DNA of 64,000 nucleotides from Macrostomum lignano (lineage: Eukaryota). The notes below the pieces were generated by a model, which saw only the letters and a list, made by a program, of their open reading frames with translations, searched no databases and had not been told where the DNA came from. The position numbers and the translations under genes are program-made. Location of the stretch: positions 62,001 through 126,000 of the forward strand of contig NIVC01000958.1 in assembly GCA_002269645.1 (NCBI GenBank), read 5' to 3'. Of the stretch, positions 48,362 through 64,000 are shown in pieces (within the stretch, counting starts at the first letter, position 1; every line of letters begins with the position of its first letter).

Positions 48362-50617
48362 GGTGCAAAACTGTGCATTCACTGTGATGCTCTGTGCGAT
48401 GCAAGTCGCGTGACAAAATGAAATAAAAGTGCGCCTATATTAAAACACTTCAAAAAATTTGCCGTCTTAGGCGACTGATTATATTATTTACGAGTACCAT
48501 CCTTGCTTCAGCATTTCTGACACAACAGTTTTGAAGTGTTTGCTAAGACGGGCTTTGCCTCCATGTGGAAAAATTGTATCCAATTACTGTCTTCTAAGAC
48601 CTAGGTTTTGCCGTTTGTACGAGTAGAGTAGAGCTTGGTTAAACATTTTAGGCGTGAAAGATGGCTCAACAAAACATGGCAGACTTGGAAAATCGCATTC
48701 TAAAGCATATTAGAGCTGGTAACTGAGGCGGGATGCATAAAACTGTAACCTGCTGTATGAGAAGAAGAGCTACCAGACACAGCTAATACTATTCTTTGAG
48801 GGTATTTTCGAGACTTAAAACAGCCAGAGGAAGACAGCTTGGTTTTGAACAAATGTATTTAGAGAGCTGCAAGTCTTCCCCTCATTCTACATGTAATACC
48901 AGTAAATCAACATACCTTTTAAATATGAAATCACAGATGATTGTTAAAATATTTCATGTCATTGGGGAGCAGCAGGTATAACAGATCAAATATCAAGCAA
49001 ACTGAATACGATCGTACGAAACGGTCAGTAAGCTTAGAGATTGTGTTTATCAGGAGGGCTTCGGTTGTGCATACAAGCTTCAGGCTCTCCAGATGTCTCC
49101 AGATCAAAAAAGCAAGTCGAAACTTCCTGTTTTCATTGTCGCTAAGGTACAAAGGCTATAAAAAGGATTTCTGTGAGATTTTCTCAATCCGCTAGTAGTT
49201 TCCTGTGTTTTGTACAGTGAATGTATTGAATTGCAAGCCGGATTAAAGGAAACAAATGCGGATATATTGACGACGTATGTTGCTTTCAGGGGCATAATCA
49301 GGAATTCGCATTTGGGGGTCCGCGTCATCGGAGGCGCTTTTCATCGTCCCAGGGGCGCCGGAGCTGCTGCAAAGAAGGCGTCAAACACCTTGGCTTTAGT
49401 CCTAGTCAAAAAATCTAATTCGAAGAAAGAAATAATGGCTTCTGTACGCAATTTTCTTTGGTAGACAGAAGTGTACCGAGGGGCTAACTGTTTTTGTCTT
49501 GAAATTAATTTCAAATGATACCTCTGAAATCCAGGAACCTTTAGAAAGCATGCCTCCTGCGAAAACGAGCTGGGCTATATTAAATTCAGTCAGCCTAATT
49601 GGCCAATTATGGAGCAGCAGGTGTCAAAATCCCATTGTATCAATCATCGATAAGATTTCTTTTAATTGCATATTCTCTCTCTCTCTCCTTCTCTCCTTCG
49701 ACATGTGTCTCTCTTTCGACATGTGTCTCTCCTTCGAAGTAGAACCCATCGACATGCAGCTTCTTCGTACTTCAGGTCGGCATTCAGACTGTAAACAGAC
49801 TATGAACCGCTTTCTGAAAAACTTTCGAACCGTTCTTGAAGGCTGTGTCAGCAGTTGCCAGTACTTTCAACATCTATCAGCCATTCCGTATGTCAAATCA
49901 GCTTTCTCGGCAATTAGCATTGCGACGGCATCTAAAGAAGCCTTAAAAGAATCGTTTTTGAAGAGGGAAATCAACAATACATTTTGCCGACAAAGCATTA
50001 TTTTAATTTTACTATCATTATCATAATTTACTCACTTATTGTATTATTAGTTTTGTTTAATCTAAGACACTAATTCAGCAGTTTTATCAGCAGGTTGTTT
50101 ATCTACATTAAGAAATCGATATCGACTACTGTAAGCTCATCAGTTAAGCTGTTATCCACGGCCCTCTGATAGTTTCTAATAAGTGTCACTAGCGTTCATC
50201 CTAGGCGTGCAGGGTTATGCGACCATTCATTGACACGTCATTGAGTTCTGAATGAATTATTTTACGCTCTGCGCAAAGAAATCCGTATCCTAGACTAACT
50301 TGTGGATCTCGAAAAATGTGACAAGAAGACATTTTAGGACATGTCGTAAATTTCCAGATATTAACAGAATTTTCGCGGGTTGCTTCATCTACTGCTTTTT
50401 ATTGCCAAAAAGGTTTATTTGCGAGCACGGCAGATCGCTGAATAACATAGCTGACAAATGCGCGCATATGTCTACAATGGATCAATATGGAAGCTGACTG
50501 CATCTCTACTGCTTAGCTGCAAAGTATTCTAGGAAGATGCTTTTTAAGATACCAATTTAAAACATATTCGTAATGATCAACTACGTAAGCTTTTTATAAA
50601 TACAAAAGAGTACAGAG

Positions 50618-50897
50618 GATACACCAGGTGTGCTAACTGGGATACACCAGGTGTGCTGACTGGGATACACAAGGTGTGCTGACTGGGATACACCAGGTGT
50701 GCTGACTGGGATACACCAGGTGTGCTGACTGGGATACACCAGGTGTGCTGACTGGGATACACCAGGTGTGCTGACTGGGATACACCAGGTGTGCTGACTG
50801 GGATACACCAGGTGTGCTGACTGGGATACACCAGGTGTGCTGACTGGGATACACCAGGTGTGCTGACTGGGATACACCAGGTGTGCTGACTGGGATA
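50618..50897. repeat. 23-bp minisatellite, ~12 copies
   Basis: Unit GATACACCAGGTGTGCTGACTGG, containing the palindrome ACACC-A-GGTGT. Confidence 0.95.
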
Positions 50898-51263
50898 GAC
50901 CGTCTATAATTATTTCGGAAATTCAGTAAAAATATGTCGATAATTTTATAGAGAAGTGTCATATAGAGAATTATCAGCGCATCCTTAAGTTGTTTTAAGA
51001 AAAAACATGCATATACTCGGTGTAAAACTCATTTTTCAAGTTTAGTTTCAGACCAACAAGGCACATGTTAAACTTGTGCAGCGACTTGAACCCTCAGCAG
51101 ATTGGCTCATTTCACTATCGAGCCGATCAAAAATTCCTTGCATTCGCAATGTCGCAATGCAGATTGGCTATGCAGTGGGCTCCATCACACTTGTAGCTCG
51201 CTCGTGCGTAAAACACGCATTGGTTAGCTGTGAGTTGCGCTCGTATTGCTTCTTCAAACGGCT

Positions 51264-54130
<2,867 letters not shown>

Positions 54131-54863
54131 TTGATGATAATTAAATATAATTGAAAGACTATAGTTAAAAATTGGCAAAACTGTAATCTTGACTGACAGT
54201 AAAATCAACGAGCAGTAAACAATAGAAATAAACAGAACTGAAATCTTCGTATAATGCCGTGGACAATTGTTCTGAAAGGTAGCAATTTTAAATTAATTAG
54301 TCGCCAATAATTGTAATCTTAAACCTATTAACCACAGTGTTGAGCTTACCATGTCGGAAATGATTGATAGATGATGGCTAAATATCGATCTGTATTCTAT
54401 TCTGCGCTCGTTTGCGTGACGCAGAACTGGTTGAATAGGAGCTACGCTAGAGAGAGAGAGAATGTTCTAAAAATAGAAACACTCCCCTCGCTTTACCCCA
54501 TGCCCCCAGAAAAAAGTCAGCAGCATTTATTTGTACAGCAGGGGGCAGGGATGGCCCATGGATTTCCCTTGGAATTGTCCTGGGTTGGCCGATTGTTGCT
54601 GAGCAGGTTCCAGGTTTGAACGGTTATCCCGCGGAAAGCTTTTAGATCTGCCATGGAATTGCCTAAATTAAAACACTTCGAGTTAATGCCGACTGAATGA
54701 CACAGGCTTGAGGCTGCTATATATTTATATTCTCTAACCTAGTGTCTCCAAATTTTTTATTAGGACTAATTTTATGAACTTTTGTATCTTTTTTCACCAA
54801 TTTAAGCTTACTGCCCATGAACGAATTCTGGCTTCCTGTCCCCAGTTGTGACTTTACGTCATA

Positions 54864-55894
54864 AATTATGGCTTCCTGTCTCTAATTAAGGCTTCCTGTC
54901 TCTGATTATGGCTTCCTGTCTCTAATTATGGCTTCCTGTCTCTAATTATGGCTTCCTGTCTCTAATTATGGCTTCCTGTCTCTAATTATGGCTTCCTGTC
55001 TCTAATTATGGCTTCCTGACTCTAATTATGGCTTCCTGTCTCTAATTATGGCTTCCTGTCTCTAATTATGGCTTCCTATCTCTAATTATGGCTTCCTGTC
55101 TCTAATTTATGGCTTCCTGTCTCTAATTATGGCTTCCCGTCACCAATTGTGGCTTCCCGTCACCAATTCTGGCTTCCCGTCACCAGTTATGGCTTCCCGT
55201 CACCAATTATGGCTTCCCGTCACCAGTTATGGCTTCCCGTCACCAGTTATGGCTTCCCGTCACCAATTCCGGCTTCCCATCACCAATTCTGGCTTCCTGT
55301 CACCAATTCCGGCTTCCCATCACCAATTCTGGCTTCCTGTCACCAATTATTGCTTCCCGTCACCAGTTATGGCTTTCCTTCACTTATTTTGGCTTGCCGT
55401 TACCAATTATGGCTTCCCGTCACCTATTATGGCTTTCCTTCACCAATTATGGCTTCCTGTCACCTATTATGGCTTCCTGTCACCTATTATGGCTTTCCGT
55501 CACCAATTATGGCTTTCCTTCACTTATTTTGGCTTCCCGTCACTAATTCTGGCTTCCCGTCACCAATAATGGCTTCCCGTCACCAGTTATGGCTTCCCGT
55601 CACCAGTTATGGCTTCCCGTCACCAATTCCGGCTTCCCATCACCAATTCTGGCTTCCTGTCACCTATTATGGCTTCCCGTCACCAATTATGGCTTCCCGT
55701 CACCAATTATGGCTTCTTGTCACCAATTATGGCTCCCTGTCACCTATTATGGCTTCCCGTCACCCATTCTGGCTTCCTGTCACCTATTATGGCTTCCCGT
55801 CACCAATTATGGCTTCCCGTCACCAATTATGGCTTCCGTCACCAATTATGGCTTCCTGTCACCTATTATGGCTTCCTGTCACCTATTATGGCTT
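54864..55894. repeat. 20-bp minisatellite, ~50 copies, two sub-variants
   Basis: TTATGGCTTCCTGTCTCTAA switches to TTATGGCTTCCCGTCACCAA near 55130. Confidence 0.95.
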
Positions 55895-56272
55895 GATATT
55901 ACAATGCATTTTGGCTTTCCTATTCCAATTTGAGCTAACCCATCATACAACTTGGCTCATGTTACCGCTTTTCTAATAATTTATTTCATTAAAATTAGTA
56001 GCAAAACGCAGCACAATCTGATAGAAAAAATCACAAGAGGCAGCAGCTCTTGATTTATGAGTAGTATGATTCAGTTTAATTCGGTTTAGAATTTAGGGGA
56101 AATCATTAAAGTGTGCTACACATATCGAACGGGATATGTAAAAATTATGGCCGTCAAGTGATTGCGATTGTTTAAATGTTTTAAATTTTATTGGCTAAAC
56201 AACCTTGTACTTTAGAAGTACATTTTTGCGCCATCATAAATTTTAATTTGTTTCACGCCTGTCTGTAGAAAA

Positions 56273-59200
56273 CTAACGGTAGTACACGAAGGTGCTCCCA
56301 TCGAGTTCGTAATGCCCAGCCGCCTCAGTCCAGCATTCTTCATCGCTAGAGGACAGACTATCTGGCTCCGTGTCCTCCTCCACATCATCTATGGCGGCTA
56401 CAGTCACTAAGACTGGCGAAGCTGGTGGATTCTGAAATTTAAAATTGCAGTCAAGTTTTATTGCTGATGTCTAACAGCTGACACACAAATGTCTAACAGA
56501 CTGACACACGGATGTCTAACAGCTGACACACATGTCTAACAGCTGACACACGGATGTCTAACAGCTGACACACATATGTCTAACAGCTGACACACATGTC
56601 TAACAGCTGACACACGGATGTCTAACAGCTGACACATATGTCTAACAGCTGACACACGGATGTCTAACAGCTGACACACGAATGTCTAACAGCTGACACA
56701 TATGTCTAACAGCTGACACACGGATGTCTAACAGCTGACACACATGTCTAACAGCTGACACACAAATGTCTAACAGACTGACACACGGATGTCTAACAGC
56801 TGACACACATGTCTAACAGCTGACACACGGATGTCTAACAGCTGACACACGGATGTCTAACAGCTGACACATGGATGTCTAACAGCTGACACATATGTCT
56901 AACAGTTGACACACGGATGTCTAACAGCTGACACATATGTCTAACAGCTGACACATGGATGTCTAACAGCTGACATACAGATGTATAACAGACTGACACA
57001 CGGATGTCTAACAGCTGACACACAAATGTCTAACAGACTGACACACGGATGTCTAACAGCTGACACACATGTCTAACAGCTGACACACGGATGTCTAACA
57101 GCTGACACACATGTCTAACAGCTGACACACGGATGTCTAACAGCTGACACATATGTCTAACAGCTGACACACGGATGTCTAACAGCTGACACACGGATGT
57201 CTAACAGCTGACACACATGTCTAACAGCTGACACACAAATGTCTAACAGACTGACACACGGATGTCTAACAGCTGACACACATGTCTAACAGCTGACACA
57301 CGGATGTCTAACAGCTGACACACATATGTCTAACAGCTGACACACATGTCTAACAGCTGACACACGGATGTCTAACAGCTGACACATATGTCTAACAGCT
57401 GACACACGGATGTCTAACAGCTGACACACGAATGTCTAACAGCTGACACATATGTCTAACAGCTGACACACGGATGTCTAACAGCTGACACACATGTCTA
57501 ACAGCTGACACACAAATGTCTAACAGACTGACACACGGATGTCTAACAGCTGACACACGGATGTCTAACAGCTGACACACGGATGTCTAACAGCTGACAC
57601 ACGGATGTCTAACAGCTGACATACATATGTTTAACAGCTGACACACGGATGTCTAACAGCTGACATACATATGTTTAACAGCTGACACACGGATGTCTAA
57701 CAGCTGACACACGGATGTCTAACAGCTGACACACGGATGTCTAACAGCTGACACACGGATGTCTAACAGCTGACACACGGATGTCTAACAGCTGACACAC
57801 GGATGTCTAACAGCTGACACACGGATGTCTAACAGCTGACATACATATGTTTAACAGCTGACACACGGATGTCTAACAGCTGACATACATATGTTTAACA
57901 GCTGACACACGGATGTCTAACAGCTGACACACGGATGTCTAACAGCTGACATACATATGTTTAACAGCTGACACACGGATGTCTAACAGCTGACATACAT
58001 ATGTTTAACAGCTGACACACGGATGTCTAACAGCTGACACACGGATGTCTAACAGCTGACACACGGATGTCTAACAGCTGACACACGGATGTCTAACAGC
58101 TGACACACGGATGTCTAACAGCTGACATACATATGTTTAACAGCTGACACACGGATGTCTAACAGCTGACACACGGATGTCTAACAGCTGACACACGGAT
58201 GTCTAACAGCTGACACACGGATGTACAACATTTTAAACCAATAATTTTAAAGGACCCGAGGGCCGGAGTTATCTGACCCTTGAATTTAGCCACTTAACCT
58301 GTAGGTAAAATTTCACAATGTCCCAGATTTCACTTACAATAGCTGAAGTTGAAGTTCGGTAAATATCACAGACTTCAGTTTAAAGTATAAATAATAACTA
58401 CAGAAAAACGCCAGTAAAATAAGCCAGATTTTTATCTGATTTCGCAAGTTCGCTTTCCAATGAGATGTTAATTACAAGCGTATGTTATTATTAAAATAGC
58501 TGGTATTTTCGCAAAAGTAGAACTTCAGCCAGCAGCTCGTAAACAGTTTGTACAGTGTTTACCATCATTGCAGCATGCCCATCAATTTGATAGCTACTGG
58601 TATGATAGCATTTTTGAGTATGGTCACATTTGTCACTTAACCTTCTCAAAAAACTACGTAATCAATGCATGCGCCATACCTGATGAAAGGCCCCTGAGGC
58701 TGCTGTGGAGACTGTGCAATTGGTTTCGCTGCCAAGCTCGTCATCATTCGACTCATCGTACGAGTATAGCGAGGACGTCGTTCTCACTCTGGAGAATCTG
58801 ACAGCCAGCTTGCAGCCCACACCGATGGAGGAGACTGCGACTGCGAGCAGAAATATGCTGACGAATTTTCGCTTGGCGTTCGCGGACGATTTCCCTGGGC
58901 AATTGAAATGAGGCCATTGGTTTTACGAGTAGTGATATCGGCAGGTAAAATCAGATCTGCAGCTATTTGGTCATCACTCACTTCCAGTTAAGAACTTGGC
59001 TTCAACATCCGGGTACGGCAGGCCTGACTGATTGACGCTGCATCTGACCAGCCAGTCCCGGCTTTCCTGACCTTCGGGCAGCTGAGCCCAGTGAGTGCTG
59101 CTGAAGCCAGTCTGCTGCAGTTTGCATTGGCGAGTTTCTATAATTATTAATTAATTGCTGATAGGCATTGCGATTCCTCTGAACTTACCTGTGCGCTGCT

Positions 59201-62200
59201 CATTTTTAGCCGGATGCGGGCCGCTGCACCTCCACCGACCTGAGTTAGCCAGCAGCTGTGGCTGACATTCCATACGCTGCACTGCTGTGACGTCACTCTG
59301 ACTTTGAGCCATCGATGCTGGATGCTGATCAAGTGGATGACCGTCAGGCAGGGCTCTGTAACGGTTAGCATTTTGCTTGGAATGTAATAATAATAATAAT
59401 AGTCGTAATACTCATAATAATAACCATTGAGTACACCTTGCCCATTGAGTACACCTTGCCCATTGAGTACACCTTGCCCATTGAGTACACCTTGCACATT
59501 GAGTACACCTTGAATTATAAGAATAGTAATAACAATGATTGATTGCACCTGCCCCCCATGGGCAGATGTGCAACCGACAGCTCAGCCGCAGCTATTGCGC
59601 GGCGCATCTGAAAGCTGCGTACGGCTGTTCAGGACTGGGGGCCTGGGGGGTCGCCACACACACACCCTCAATTACCCGAGCTAATGCCGGCACCCATTTT
59701 TACAGCTGGGTGAACTGAAGCAATGCAGAGTTAAGTGTCTTGCTCAAGGACACAAATTGTTCCAGTGGGTTCGGGAAACGAACCCCCGACCTTCAAGTTA
59801 TGAATCCGATGCTCTAACCACTAGGCTGAAACCCCCGACATTTGGAATGTAAATCGACCCAGTAATTCTGTTAACTGTTTCGTTTTTGAAGATTCTAAAA
59901 ATATTTGGAGTTCGAATCTTATGCAGACAGACAGGGCATCAAAGGGTGCCAAATTAGTCAGCTGAATTGCCAACAGAAATGCAGTTATGCGCACACTCAG
60001 TTATGGAAACATTTTTTCTAAAAAAGCTTACCACTTATTGCTGATATAAAATAACTGTCGTTGTTTTGCACTTCGACGTTTTGCTCGCCTTCAAACGGGC
60101 GCTCGCATTTTAATGTGCCGTTCAGCATCGCGGCGCTGACCTGGAATCTGAACTGAGACGCCACCGCCACCAGGGTCCGATTGTTGTGATTTTTTGCGAC
60201 AGCTGTTTCTAGCTGGAAGTCGTTTAAATGTCAGCAGTAATTAGCAGTCAGCAGTAATTAACAGTCAGCAGTAATTAACAGTCAGCAGCAATTAACAGTC
60301 AGCAGTAATTAACAGTCAGCAGCAATTAACAGTCAGCAGCAATTAACAGTCAGCAGTAATTAACAGTCAGCAGTAATTAACAGTCAGCAGTAATTAACTG
60401 TCAGCAGTAATTAACAGTCAGCAGTAATTAACTGTCAGCAGTATTTAGCAGTCAGCAGTAATTAGCAGTCAGCAGTAATTAGCAGTCAGCAGTAATTAAC
60501 TGTCAGCAGTAATTAGCAGTCAGCAGTAATTAACTGTCAGCAGTAATTAGCAGTCAGCAGTAATTAACTGTCAGCAGTAATTAACAGTCAGCAGTAATTA
60601 GCAGTCAGCAGTAATTAACAGTCAGCAGTAATTAACAGTCAGCAGTAATTAACAGTCAGCAGTAATTAACAGTCAGCACTAATTAACAGTCAGCAGCAAA
60701 ACTGTAAGTCACAGCTGATCTCATAGGGATGATCTGCAGAAAGTCATGAGTTCATCTCACATTTGTGCGGTTTTCATCCAGACGCCACTCAGAGCTGGCA
60801 GAAATGATGCTGCAGCTGTGATGCAGTGCTGGGTAAGCCGGAGCTGATGTGACATTCACAGTGACGCTGCTGCCGCTGACCCACACGGGTGACACTGATA
60901 TTGACAGGTTGGTAGGGTTAACTGAAATAAACATGTCGAAGTAATTGCAACAACTTCCTCAACAGAAACCCATCCCTGATTAAAACGCTCTCACATAAAA
61001 TCCCAATAGTCTGCTCAATGCGCTCAGCAGGTCGGTCTGTCAGAAAGCAGCTGAGCGTCGCATCGTGCATTGCCGAGGTGGCTCTGAGTTCGAACACTGC
61101 GGGCTGTGCCTGGCTGTTCAGCTGCCGTGGTGAAGAGTTTTATAAGAAAATTTAGCAAAGCTCCACACAATTCGAAATCTATTTACGGTACAAATATTAT
61201 CGCACCTGTCTCAAGTGCTGAGTTGACCCGTTGCTGTACTTCAATAGACAGCCAAGCGAGCCGTCAAGACAGCTCGAAACTGAGAGGCAGGCCAAGGTCC
61301 CAGCCTTCATGGCTTGCAAGTTTTTAAACGGACATTGCGTGCTGTTCATCACGGTGAGGTTCAGTGGAGCAACAGGACCTAAAAAACCGTCACGTCCTGT
61401 CACTCGATTGTTTTAAAAATCAACGCATCAGTTAGAAGTAGGCAGACTGTTAATATTTTAATAAAGACCTGACAGTTTCATGGCACTCCAACTTAGCGGA
61501 GCATTCTTCCGGCTCCTGACCAGTATGTACCGAACTGTGCTCTGGAGCAGAAAATACCCTTTCTTTTACTTTTATTGAAAGAAGCAATAAATAAACAATG
61601 CAATCCCGCACAGGTGCACAACGAGTTTGACAAAAACGTTGCTACCTCGTTGTAAGCTCTTCCGAGCTGCCTCCAGCGGCTGCTGCTGTTGAAGGCCTCC
61701 CAGCTGGCGTCGCACGGATCCTCCAGCTGCAGCTCCAGCGGGACGCTCGAGGCTCCGACTGCTGACACGGGAGAGCCGACCGGAGCTGCTGCGAGCCACT
61801 GGCCATCTGCAACACGAGTGCTTGGCTGCTAGCTGGTCTCACACTGTCTCAGAGTGCTAATTATATGCTAGCTGGTCTCACACTGTCTCAGAGTGCTAAT
61901 TAGATGCTAGCTGATCTCACACTGTCTCAGAGTGCTAATTAGATGCTAGCTGGTCTCACACTGTCTCAGAGTGCTAATTAGATGCTAGCTGGTCTCACAC
62001 TGTCTCAGAGTGCTAATTAGATGCTAGCTGGTCTCACACTGTCTCAGAGTGCTAATTAGATGCTAGCTGGTCTCACACTGTCTCAGAGTGCTAATTAGAT
62101 GCTAGCTGGTCTCACACTGTCTCAGAGTGCTAATTAGATGCTAGCTGGTCTCACACTGTCTCAGAGTGCTAATTAGATGCTAGCTGGTCTCACACTGTCT

Positions 62201-63574
62201 CAGAGTGCTAATTAGATGCTAGCTGGTCTCACACTGTCTCAGAGTGCTAATTAGATGCTAGCTGGTCTCACACTGTCTCAGAGTGCTAATTAGATGCTAG
62301 CTGGTCTCACACTGTCTCAGAGTGCTAATTAGATGCTAGCTGGTCTCACACTGTCTCAGAGTGCTAATTAGATGCTAGCTGGTCTCACACTGTCTCAGAG
62401 TGCTAATTAGATGCTAGCTGGTCTCACACTGTCTCAGAGTGCTAATTAGATGCTAGCTGGTCTCACACTGTCTCAGAGTGCTAATTAGATGCTAGCTGGT
62501 CTCACACTGTCTCAGAGTGCTAATTAGATGCTAGCTGGTCTCACACTGTCTCAGAGTGCTAATTAGATGCTAGCTGGTCTCACACTGTCTCAGAGTGCTA
62601 ATTAGATGCTAGCTGGTCTCACACTGTCTCAGAGTGCTAATTAGATGCTAGCTGGTCTCACACTGTCTCAGAGTGCTAATTAGATGCTAGCTGGTCTCAC
62701 ACTGTCTCAGAGTGCTAATTAGATGCTAGCTGGTCTCATACTGTCTCAGAGTGCTAATTAGATGCTAGCTGGTCTCACACTGCTGTCTCAGAGTGCTAAT
62801 TAGATGCTAGCTGGTCTCACACTGCTGTCTCAGAGTGCTAATTAGATGCTAGCTGGTCTCACACTGTCTCAGAGTGCTAATTCGATGCTAGCTGGTCTCA
62901 CACTGTCTCAGAGTGCTAATTAGATGCTAGCTGGTCTCACACTGTCTCAGAGTGCTAATTATATGCTAGCTGGTCTCACACTGTCTCAGAGTGCTATTTA
63001 GATGCTAGCTGGTCTCACACTGTCTCAGAGTGCTAATTAGATGCTAGCTGGTCTCACACTGTCTCAGAGTGCTAATTAGATGCTAGCTAGCTTGTCTCAC
63101 ACTGTCTCACACTTTGTGCCCCCGACGCCCTTTGCCTCATCATGCATCATGAGAATGAGTCGGTCAGCGTCACTCACCCCAGTCTCGCACGCTCACCGCC
63201 TCCAGCATCATCGGCTGCCTCAGCTGCATCACAAGCCACCGAGGCCCGGACCGCACAGCAGCAGGGAATCGGTTTGTCTCTGACTGCCGACTCTCCCACC
63301 AACGGCAGTGCGCACCGCTGGGTTGCCAGGTGCGCAGAACGTCAGCCCTGCTCAGCTGCACTGTCACTGCAACATGTTTGTTAAAATAAACCCAGCTTTC
63401 GTGCCCAGCGCATAAAAAAACGGTTGATAAAGAGTTTGCTTCAAGTTCTTGGCCAAACTTTTCTTGCTTACGATTTCTGTTGACTGCAGTTTGTGTGCAG
63501 TTTGAGAACGCCTTGATGAACTGCAGACTGAAAACTAGAAATAGCAGAGGCGTCCTGCACCGCCAGTAAGCCAT
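56273..63574 (-). CDS. Gene B: type I membrane protein with discoidin-like N-terminal exons; paralogue of gene A
   Basis: Signal exon MAYWRCRTPLLFLVFSLQFIKAFS (~63472-63574); exons shared with gene A (~63181-63366, ~61650-61808); internal exons near 61200-61380, 60760-60930 and 58985-59350; TM exon ~58680-58890 (FVSIFLLAVAVSSIGVGCKLAV); last exon 56273-56433 (..GHYELDGSTFVYYR*). The internal exon chain was not fully verified. Confidence 0.6.
56466..58224. repeat. 20/22-bp minisatellite, ~1.76 kb, in the last intron of gene B
   Basis: Unit GTCTAACAGCTGACACAC(GG)AT, with recurring variant order (higher-order blocks). Confidence 0.95.
59390..59835 (-). mobile_element. tRNA-derived SINE (same family as 4551-4830) with a tandemly duplicated 3' end
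   Basis: Reverse complement starts CAGCCTAGTGGTTAGAGCATCGG..GGTTCGTTTCC. The 18-bp tail unit CATTGAGTACACCTTGCC occurs ~5 times (59425-59510), then (TTA)n. Confidence 0.85.
60230..60696. repeat. 17-bp minisatellite, ~27 copies
   Basis: Unit GTCAGCAGTAATTA(A/G)C(A/T). Confidence 0.95.
61828..63087. repeat. 39-bp minisatellite, ~32 copies, in the intron between exons 2 and 3 of gene B
   Basis: Same unit as 1440-1612; near-homogeneous, with a few units carrying a 3-bp insertion. Confidence 0.97.
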
Positions 63575-64000
63575 TTTGGCGTTGCAGTTTATTCACAAAT
63601 GCTGACGGTTGAAAACGTCATGGCTGAAAATCGTTTTATTTTTTAATTGATTTCATACAGGTGTTTCACGCAGAAACGACTGGTCTTGGACTGGTTAATT
63701 CCGAGTGGGTGTCTCTGCAATCGCAACGTCTAAAATAAATGCACAGCCATCTAAATTGGGTTTAATTTAATTATATTTATAATTTCTTGGACCGCTGCTA
63801 GTTGTTGATAATTTCGTCTCCGAAAGCGGCCAAATTGACTGTAATTGGATTGCAAGCACATGTAAACCAGGGGTCCAAAACATCCAAGATAGTTTGTGTA
63901 TTTATATTAGCATTTCACTCAGAAAAACTATGATGCCCTCGAATATTTACTCTTGTGGCTCTTAACAAAAAGCTATCCTAAGGTCATCACTATACTATTT

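Noticed and set aside
49104-50026. Decayed coding-like sequence on the minus strand
   Set aside because: Multiple stops and no motif I can assign; needs a tBLASTx search.
56466-63087. CRISPR-like arrays
   Set aside because: Units are directly adjacent with no unique spacers, there are no cas genes, and the context is eukaryotic.

Overview
Eukaryotic (intron-rich, invertebrate-like) genomic DNA; no prokaryotic operons, rRNA, true tRNA or CRISPR. The repeat content resembles flatworm genomes such as Macrostomum, but the organism cannot be confirmed from this sequence. The host backbone is a head-to-tail, minus-strand cluster of at least six single-pass membrane receptor genes. Four paralogues (R1-R4) share signal peptide / CUB-like / atypical C-type-lectin-like / TM exons. 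Two (A, B) carry discoidin-like exons. There is also an apparently intronless DNase II gene and an orphan PAN/apple-like exon on the + strand. Mobile DNA includes two tyrosine-recombinase (Ngaro/DIRS-group) retrotransposons in consecutive introns of R1, one showing split direct repeats and a TAATG crossover core. An 11.9-kb EnSpm/CACTA transposon has its transposase split by a 1.9-kb THAP/P-type element with a 7-bp TSD. Smaller elements are MITEs, two tRNA-derived SINEs, LINE and Gypsy remnants, and an 858-bp TSD-flanked retroposon with two tandem structured-RNA-like modules. About ten micro/minisatellite arrays are present, mostly intronic. All alignments, splice models and copy numbers were worked out by eye; coordinates marked ~ are approximate.
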